From contig CAIIXF020000001.1 of assembly GCA_903813345.2 (NCBI GenBank), positions 48,174,001 to 48,238,000 on the forward strand: a DNA stretch of 64,000 bases. The letters run 5' to 3'. Below the pieces are notes generated by a model. That model saw only the letters and a list, made by a program, of their open reading frames with translations, was not told the origin of the DNA and searched no databases. Below, piece after piece: positions 38,556 to 47,462 of the stretch. The DNA is from Owenia fusiformis. Its lineage: Eukaryota. The position numbers were made by a program, and so were the translations under genes. The first letter of the stretch is position 1. Each line of letters opens with the position of its first letter.

Positions 38556-39067
38556 ACCTGCACATCACCCTAGAACACTATTTTGGGTTGTTATTGGGTC
38601 AACTGAAAGATTTTGAGCTATAATGAAAGAATATACAATGGTGTACAAATGGGGCAAATCTTGTGTACAAATACTTACAACAAATGTGTCATTATGACGA
38701 TTGTTCCTTCGTTTGCTTTGATTGTCTGTGACAATTTAATTTGGAAGGATTCTAAATTTAGAATACGACGTCACTACTGAATGAGAGTGTTTGAAATAAT
38801 ATGAATTAATTTTCATCAAAGGCACTGAATAACACAGTGGTCCAGGGGTAGAAACCTTGATTGCCATGCGGATGGCCGAGGTTCGAAAAGTGATGTTTTT
38901 GTTTTGTTTTGTTATTTTAACTAAATGCTTGTGATTTGATACTACGCAGAAAAAAGTTTATGATCATGCCAACTTTATATTAGAGCATTAATTAACTTGT
39001 TGGCGGAATGAAAATGTACAAAAGTGCAAAAATATCCATATATTCCATTTTGAGGTGATGTGCAGGT
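38556..39067. mobile_element. TTAA-target MITE (Kolobok/piggyBac-like) containing a tRNA-Gly-like fragment at ~38831-38890
   Basis: Perfect 14-bp TIRs ACCTGCACATCACC / GGTGATGTGCAGGT, each flanked by TTAA. Confidence 0.8.
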
Positions 39068-39857
39068 TTAAGTTTTAAAATATGAAATTTTATACAGGTA
39101 TTAGCTCAAGAAATTACAAAATTGAAACAGAATTAATGTCCATTCATTGAAATATACAAACAGATATAAACAGACAAACACATATATATCATTTTTAAGT
39201 ATATTCTGAAAACAGATTGTCAGATCATAATGCTGTTATTTTGTACATATCTTTAAAACTAAAATACTAATAAATTAACAGATTCGTACCCCTGAACTTC
39301 ACTTTGAAGCAATTTCAAGAAATATACATTGTGTGTTTTATGGCTAATATTTACAATATGTACATAAAACTATTTACATGGGTATAAGTGTTGATAAAGT
39401 AATACAATGCTGTAGTAATATCTGTTGGTTTTGATTTTAGGTATAATATTTTTAGATAAATAATAATTGATTATTATACTGCTAGAAATAATAGAATACA
39501 TTTTGAAAAGTTGTAAAATGCTTAATGCTAAAACAGTAGAATACATATACATATAATACATTTTGAAAAGTTATAATGCTTAATGCTAAAATAGTAGAAT
39601 ACATATAATACATTTTGAAAAGTCATAATGCTTAATTTAATACTTCAATACAATTTCTGCACCATGATATCTATATCATACTTTGTCTTGACATTTGCAA
39701 GCAGCTGATAAGAGGGGGTTTAAAAACCCGAATGCCATAATGATTACCAGTTTGTGAAAAAGGAGTCACTTATACCCCTTGAGGGGATCTCTGGTTCTCA
39801 CTGTGCTGGTCTAACATAAATTCTTGTTTGACTCAGTTCTCCTATATATTTGTTCTA

Positions 39858-41184
39858 TTAGACAGTTTTCGCCAAATGTTGGAACTGCTTCTCTATGAAT
39901 TCCATGTATGTTTTCACTTCTTTTAGAATCATGAAATAACTCTGGTAGCGGTTTTCACTTATGAATTTGTTCAATTCTAGCAGATCATCTATGGTTAAGT
40001 CAATTTTCTTAGGATGAATTGCATTGTGTTCGAATATTGTGTAGTGTAGTTCACTTTTAAGTTGGATTATTCTATTGTTTTTCACTGAGGCATATTTTTG
40101 TACTGAGGCACTCTCTTCCTCCAGTCCATGGTTTATTAAATCCACGAATAGAGATATGAATTGAAGACTGTCGTATATGCTCACTACGACTGATGCCGCC
40201 TGAAACAAAAACATTATATAATGTTTAAAAATCATTCAAAGTTATGTTAAATCTGTATGATTTAATCGGAAAAGTTTTAACATTTACCAATAGAGAAGGA
40301 GCATGATTATTTCAGGAAAATAGAAATGCATGGTTAGAACATTGACTTATTTACTAGAAATTGCATGGGTAGAGTCATTATCAAGTCTCATATAACTCCC
40401 TATTTGTATTTGTGTTAACCATAATTGCTCTGTTTTAGCTTGTCCCAATCCCTCACCATGATAAATCGAGGCTAAATATACAAGTGTAAACAATCACTTG
40501 TGAAAAATGATGTTTAGCATAATATTTAGCTTATATCTACTTACATTGGTATCTAGAGAGTCTGGAATTTCTGGAAAATATTCTGGCTTTGGGGTAGATT
40601 GCCTCAGAATATAATCTGCATGTCTGCGTGATATTATACTATGCTCAACCTAAAAAATAAGATAAGTTTTCTTGGCTTATTTGTTATGTAATACTTGCTA
40701 AATGCTTATCAGGTTTAATTTTCATTCCTTATACCTATTTACTGTGAAATTATACACAAAAGTGAATATACAAAATGTTTTCTTTACTTATGTAATTTCT
40801 TTTGTAGCATTGATTCCTTCAATGTTTAGAGAAGATAAATAGTGTTAAAACATGATTAATGCTTTATCAATTTACTTTGAATATGAGTGAATGCATGGTC
40901 TTTCAACTAGAAAGCATGGTGCATGTTAACATGTTTGATGAAAGCAGTTAAATATGAAGAATTAAGAAGCAGAAAAATTCCTACAGTTATGCTGCAAATT
41001 AACTTACATAGTTTGTCATGATGTCAGTCAAGCTTCCAGATATGATGTCTGCAATCTTTGCTATTGTTTCATATATATATTTAAAGTTTGGCTTTGGTGC
41101 ATCTCCAAATGCTGATGTCTCCATTTTCAGCATCCACGACTCTTCCCTTCTTAGTGGTATCATAGTTAAGTATGCAGTAGTCAT
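39858..41184 (-). CDS. Putative long-chain four-helix cytokine-like protein, paralog 3 (~207 aa): exons 41008..41184, 40545..40649, 39858..40199
   Basis: MTTAYL...YIYETIAKIADIISGSLTDIMTNY|VEHSIISRRHADYILRQSTPKPEYFPEIPDSLDTN|AASVVVSIYDSLQ...YFMILKEVKTYMEFIEKQFQHLAKTV*. GT-AG phase-0 introns; ATG context AAGATGAC is shared with paralog 2. Confidence 0.75.
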
Positions 41185-41289
41185 CTTTCCTGTACTGTAT
41201 TCTGTAATCTTTATACTGTTTAGACTCAATTCAAGATGTATTGCTTGAGGGTTGTAGCAAGTTATGTTCTGCTCTGTATCAGTGTCAGG

Positions 41290-41397
41290 TTTTATACACA
41301 CCATCCACGAGGCTCCTCCTACTTCCTATTCCTGTTAAAAATCAATACCGTCATGACGTGTTTAACTCAGAATTGCTCATTAAAACAATTCAAGGAA
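41290..41397 (-). promoter_or_regulatory. Paralog-3 proximal promoter: TATAAAA (41290-41296), ETS-like AGGAAGT, TGACGT, and GAS/STAT-like TTCAAGGAA (41389-41397)
   Basis: Motifs read directly. TATA and downstream sequence align with paralog 2. The short TF motifs alone are weak evidence. Confidence 0.5.
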
Positions 41398-42605
41398 GTA
41401 TTTTACTGAAATTGATAACTTATATCAACATTCGAATGTCTATGGGAACAGGAAGCTATATGTATTCTTTTCAAGTGTCATGTTTATAGATGAGGTAGCT
41501 TTGAATGTAATGTTTTATCTGTGTTTTATGAGGTCAGCCTGTTTGAAAGATTCCCCTCTTGTGGCATTTTCTATCTTTCTATTGTAAAATCCAAATTAAT
41601 TTCAAATCTTTATTTATATTTTAGTATCCGATAATATTTTGTTCTTGTTTATATAGATTCTTCATTGCCACTATTAATTTAAACCAAGTAAACCGACTGT
41701 AGTGATATTTTACTTAAGGGTTAAATGTAATAGTTCATTTTTAGGTTACAACTATGTTTAGCTGGTAGTTGGAACAATATATTTCAAAGTTTTTATTTAT
41801 CCAATGATTAAAAAGGAATAAATTTTGATTTAGAGACCTAATGTACATATTTCATTCATGTGATTCACTTTGCGAAATATTAATTTTTGGGAATTTGATG
41901 AGTATACTCTATAGTCTGTTGACCAATCAGTGAGCTTCATTGATTTTTAACAAGGAAGGGGATTTTCGGTTGAAAAGAATGACAGGCAAAATTAAAAATA
42001 TACTTTTAATCATAATGTAAGGATTTCATCATTTATTTACAAAATAATGCCATGAAAGTTTAGATTGGTATCGATATGGTGAACTGAATTCAACAATGTT
42101 TTTCTCTTAAACCAATTATTGAAAACATTTTGTAAAAAAATATGGTCCCTTATGTAATTTTGACTGATTGACAACAATTTAATTCTTTTGTTTTTTAGTG
42201 CAATTGCTTTTTGTTTTTTTTACCAATACTTGAGAATGAAATAAAATAGCTTTCCGAAGCTTGTTGGAACAAGATAGCAAATACATTTTCTTAGACCTCT
42301 CAATATTATAGTTATACAAAGAAAATTTGGGTTGTTTTAACAAAAAGTATTCAAAAAAATAAAACAAAAAACCCCAAAATAGATAAAAATTAAGATAAAC
42401 CTTTAATTTCATTAACAAGATACTTTTCTTAAATCAACCAAACTTTCTTTTGGACAATTACAATATTGAGAGACCTAAACATGTTGTGTTTATGTCATTT
42501 TGTTCCAATGAGGTTCGGAAAGATGTTTCATTTCATTCTGAACATATGATACTAAGAACAAAAGAAGTGTCTGATGTGTTTTCTAAAACAATATAGAGAA
42601 AAGTA

Positions 42606-43598
42606 CAGGGTGACCGGAAAAAAAGGAGACCATTGAAGTAATTAATTTCTCCTAAACTAGACAAGTGCCATCAATGAAATTTTGCATACACTGGAACAGT
42701 TATATGGAAATTTGTTACTGAAGGTTTCAATACAAGCATTCAACTGGTTCAGGAGCTATGATCATTTACATAACATGCTCCAAATAGGCACAATTGAGAC
42801 CAACGCAGAGTTGGATTCATATGGCAAACTACCCTTACATGTTCTGCCCTCTATGGCATTATTATGGCATTACATATAGCAGTGATTGCCTTCTTTAGGT
42901 CAACAATAGTCTGAGGATTGTTTTGGTATAGATTGTCTTTCAAATATCCATACAAAAAGAAATCAGCAGGATTCAAGTCTAGGCTGTAATGGCAATGAAG
43001 GGTTATCTGACATGTGGTTCATCATCCTGTTGCCAAAGTGCTGATTTACCCAATCTTAAGAGTCACTTTAGGTATTGGGCATAGTGCCATGTTACTAAAA
43101 CCACTATATGGCAACAATTAAATCCCATATGGAAACCAAGGGCTGCCCAAAACCTCCTTAGGATGATACTGTAACTGAGTGGGAAAACTGAGTCAGAAGC
43201 CATAGGTCAGATAAGCTTTGTCTCCATACACCTCAAACTTGAATCCACCTGATTTCTTTTTGTGGGGCAATTTGAAAGACAATGTGTACCAAAACAATCC
43301 TGAGACAATTGCTGACCTAAAGGTGGCAATAAATGCTAAATGTAATGCCATAACAAGGTCGGAATATGTAAGGGTATTTGCCAAATGTATCCAGCTCTGC
43401 GTTGGTCTCAATTGCGCCTATTTGGAGCATGTTATGTAAATGATCATAGCTCCTGAACCAGTTGACTGCTTGTATTGACACTTTCAGGAACAAATTTCCA
43501 TAGAACTGTCCTGATGTATGCTAAATTTCATTGATGTCACTAGTCTATTTTAGGAGATATTGCCTATTTCAATGGTCTCCTTTTTTCCGGTCACCCTG
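42606..43598. mobile_element. Tc1/mariner-derived palindromic element carrying transposase C-terminal remnants in both arms
   Basis: TA|CAGGGTGACCGGAAAAAA...TTTTTTCCGGTCACCCTG|TA. + strand encodes SNLNPPDFFLWGNLKDNVY (~43230-43290); - strand encodes DLNPADFFLYGYLKDNLY (~42927-42980). Confidence 0.85.
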
Positions 43599-44019
43599 TA
43601 TATATGTATATTTATTTCAAATTATATTGTTACCATTCAAAAGATGACCATTAAATTGACGATGTGATAAATTTTCAGAATTTTTTGATGACTGGTTTAA
43701 GAGAAATTTGTGTTCAAAAAGTTCACCATATCGATACCCATCCTTTCTTGTAAAAACGACCTGCTCCATCACATTGACCAAATTAGGTGAAGACATCCCG
43801 TGATTACAGGTTTTCAAACACCCAGATTTGATTTAAAATCAATAGAATCCTGGGTTGTGTGTCTAGACTACAAAGTGGACTGATGGCCAGGGGAAAGTGT
43901 CAAAGATGATATCATGTTTTTAGCAACAAAAATATCCCAACCTGTTGTGACCCCTTGGTGACAGCCATGATGAAGACCAGCTTTAGATAAAATTACCTGT
44001 GCAAAGTTAATCAGTAACA

Positions 44020-44893
44020 ATGAGAAAAACAGCAACTCCACGGAGTAGCAAATCCCACCATATTTTGATTATTAGTGGCCATCTTGAAAATTCCTTCTGG
44101 AGTAGAGCTTGTTTGTCCATAGGCATCAACATATAGAATGTAAACCATATCCGTAAATTAGCATTTGAGTTATCAAAGATTACATTTTTTACTAAAAATG
44201 GCAGCAATTTTGAAATTCAGCAGCCATTTTGAAAATCTTTATCGAACAGAGCTAATGTGTTTCTTGCTATCAGCATATAAAATTTGAAGAAAATCCATTC
44301 ACCGTTCTTTGAGTTACCAAAGATTTCATTTTTTACGAAAAATAGTGGCCATTTTAAAATTCAGCTACCATCTTGAAAATTCTTGGTCAAACAGAGGTAT
44401 TGTATCTCTAGGCATCAGCATATAAAATTTGATCCGAATCCATCCATGGCCATTTTGAAATTCAGCCGCCATATTGAAAATTCTTTGTAAACAAATTCAC
44501 TTTTTCACGAGGCATCATTATATAAAATTTGAACTAAATCCATTCACTGGTGTTTGAGTTATGAAAGATTACTTTTTTTACGAAAAATGGCCGCCATTTT
44601 GATATTTTGCAGCCATTTTGAAATTCTCTTCTTCGGCATAGCTCCTTTGTTTATAGGCATCAACATATAAATTTGAAACAAATCCATAAACTAGTATTAG
44701 AGTTATCAAAGATTATATTTTTTACGAAACATGGCGGCTATTTTGATAATTCCTTTTCCAGCAGAGGTTCTACCCCCATAAGGCATAAGCCTATAAAATT
44801 TGAATCAAACCAGTCAACTCGTATTTGAGTTATCGCCCGGAAAAACAGACGGATGAATGGACGGACAGATGGCTTTGCTATATCCCCGTCGAA
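44020..44893 (-). mobile_element. HINE family 2, copy B (inverted), with ~125-bp internal tandem units
   Basis: GCAACTCCACGGAGTAGCAAATCCCACC at the left end; GGACGGACAGA..TATATCCCC..TTCGGTGGGAT at the right end; repeated GCCATTTTGAAATTCAGC units. Confidence 0.8.
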
Positions 44894-45343
44894 ATTTGTT
44901 CGGTGGGATAGTTAACTGTACTTTTGGAATGGTGTCACAATTCTAGAATTGGCCTAGTTTAATGTACTTGTATGATTCATCTTGAGTGCAATTTTCAAAG
45001 TGTGGTGCAATAGGATATATTTTTGTACTTGAATATCAAACAAGGTGAATATCACTGAAGGCTCACAATTACTTTGCTGTTTCCCACCAATCGTTTATTT
45101 CTGTAAGTATTTTTATGTATTAGTGTTTTCTTATGTCATTTAGCCCTGTTCCAATAACATTTCATATTTGTTATACATATCTTATTTACAAGTGTTCATG
45201 TACAGACTCGGTTGGCAAATAAAAATGGGTCTTGATCTTTTGTCATGAAGTCTAGGTACTTAAAACAGCTAATGTTAGACAACACAATCATGAATTTTAT
45301 TCTGAACATCTGGATTTCAGGATTGATACTGTATTGTTTCAAC

Positions 45344-46699
45344 ATGACTACAGCTCTAAAGAAATCAATCTTTCTGTCAGATGATGATGTCACCAAACTT
45401 ATTACACTCCCTTGTGACTATCTACGATTTACAATCCCCGAAGCACATGGTATTTCGCGAAGTAAAGTTGTTCCCAAAAAATGCATTGCTGATTATGTCG
45501 AGACAGGAATAGCAGCTGGGAATATTTCTACCTTAGCGAGTCCACGATGTAACGTTATTCCAATGGCCCTTTTAGATTTATCAGAAGAACGATTTGAGAA
45601 TGTGTTTGCTGTTCCTGTCGTTGATACGTTTAGGTTGCTCCCCTGGGCTGGTAATGGGGAACATAAAGTTGGTCAGGTGCTATGTGACATGTTCAAAGCT
45701 AAAGGAGATGAGCTACCAACACCAAGATCAGTAGCCAAGGCACAACTGGGCAGGCTTACATCAATGGGCTTAGATCTCATGATCGGTCTTGAGTTTGAGT
45801 TTCAATTATTTCACGCTGAAACCATGGAGCCTGTTTACAAAGGCACTGATATCTTCGCTGATTTACTGTTCTTACAAAACGAAGGGATTCTGTACAAGAT
45901 AGAAAAAGCATTGTCTGATATAGGAATACAAGTTCAGGCAATGCATGCTGAGTATGGTGATGGCCAATTTGAATTCGTGACAAAACCAGAGTTTGGAATT
46001 AAAGCACTCGATAACTTCTTCAGATTCAAACTTGCTGTAAAAGAAGTTTGTCAGCAAGAAGGATACATCGCATCATTCATGTCCAAGCCTTTCCCTGGGA
46101 TTTGCACAAATGGTACCCATTTCAACCACTCTCTTTGGAAAGATGGCGTTAATATATTCTCAGGGGAGAATGACACTAAAAAGATGTCTGAGTTTATGAA
46201 GCAATGGACAGCCGGCCTCCTATCTCATGCTAAAGCAATGGCCTCCCTATGTTGCCCAAGTGTAAACTGCTATCGTAGGATGCATGATATGGCTCTACCA
46301 ACACTCTGTAACTGGGGCATCGATAACAGAATGGCCCTGATGCGTGTCAAGAATTACTCTCCATCACATACCTACATTGAAAGTCGTCTCCCATCTGGCA
46401 TTTCCAACCCTTATAATGTTGCAGCAGCTACCATTGCTGCTGGCCTTGATGGTGTTACAAACAAGCTTGAGTTGCCAAAGGAGTACGACCGTGAAGCTGC
46501 TGTGCTACCCAAAATTTTTGCAGAGGCTCTAGATGCCCTGAAAGATGATGTCAACTTTTGTGAGGCATTGGGGGCAGAATATGCTAAGGAATTTATCATG
46601 TTCAAGAAAGAAACAGAAGTTGATATCTTCCCGCATGTGCTTGGATCAGATGATGCAAGCTTTGCCAAAGAGAGGGACTCATACTTTAAGTTTTGTTAA
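45344..46699 (+). CDS. Type-I glutamine synthetase-like / lengsin-like protein (~451 aa), single coding exon
   Basis: HGISRSK, GLEFEF, HAEYGDGQFE, FMSKP, NGTHFNHSLW, NCYRR, WGIDNRMALMRV, IESRLP, NPY motifs. The acceptor TTTCAG at 45320 and donor GTAAGT at ~45103 favour ATG 45344 over 45245. Confidence 0.9.
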   Translation: MTTALKKSIFLSDDDVTKLITLPCDYLRFTIPEAHGISRSKVVPKKCIADYVETGIAAGNISTLASPRCNVIPMALLDLSEERFENVFAVPVVDTFRLLPWAGNGEHKVGQVLCDMFKAKGDELPTPRSVAKAQLGRLTSMGLDLMIGLEFEFQLFHAETMEPVYKGTDIFADLLFLQNEGILYKIEKALSDIGIQVQAMHAEYGDGQFEFVTKPEFGIKALDNFFRFKLAVKEVCQQEGYIASFMSKPFPGICTNGTHFNHSLWKDGVNIFSGENDTKKMSEFMKQWTAGLLSHAKAMASLCCPSVNCYRRMHDMALPTLCNWGIDNRMALMRVKNYSPSHTYIESRLPSGISNPYNVAAATIAAGLDGVTNKLELPKEYDREAAVLPKIFAEALDALKDDVNFCEALGAEYAKEFIMFKKETEVDIFPHVLGSDDASFAKERDSYFKFC

Positions 46700-47462
46700 G
46701 ACTCAGCTAAGACCCATCAATGGACCTCATGCTGAACCTTTATCATGTTGATTAGATATTCTGGTTAATTAGTGCCATCTAACCTTTACCCACATTCATT
46801 GTCTTTGAAATCACAAGTGTGTATTAGATTAAACTACATGTTGTTAACTTTGGACTGACAAATTAAGACAAGGCAAAATTGATAAATATACATAGTGCAT
46901 TAATGGGCACATTGTATACATCATGGGGGTAGAGGAAGGAAATGAGGCGGTGATGGGAATAGTATAGACAAAAAAAAGCTTAGAAAACTTTTAGTATTTT
47001 TTATCAAATAAGATTATATATACATCAATTTGCAATTTACAAGTGTATTAATCAGCAGCTTAGATTATGAAATTAATTGGTGTTAAATGAAATAGAACAC
47101 ATTCTCCTACCTTTTATTAGTTAACTCATTGAAAGGTATTTGAATGTATGATAAAATATGTCATGTATATAGGCTTAAATTGAATAAATATGCTTTGAGT
47201 TTGTAATTTTGATATAAAATAGATTATGTCATTTCAAATCAAAATCTTGTCTTGATCCATTTGCCCCTAATTATGCAGATTATCATTCTCAATATTGCAT
47301 ATTTTCAAAATGACCTAGACTTTGATGTAAAGTTATTTGATCTACATTCATTTCATTGACTTGTAAAATCTCACAAAAAGTCAAACAATGCAAAATGGTA
47401 ACCCTTATCACTTGTATGTGAATTTCATGAGATGCATACCAATAGTTTAAGATAAATGTAAT

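Noticed and set aside
41185..41304. N-terminal extension MVCIKPD... of paralog 3
   Set aside because: That ATG lies upstream of the conserved TATA box, and the homologous paralog-2 region has an in-frame stop.
45245..45343. Hydrophobic N-terminal extension or signal peptide on the GS-like ORF
   Set aside because: Most of it lies upstream of a good splice acceptor at 45320 and is probably intron read-through.
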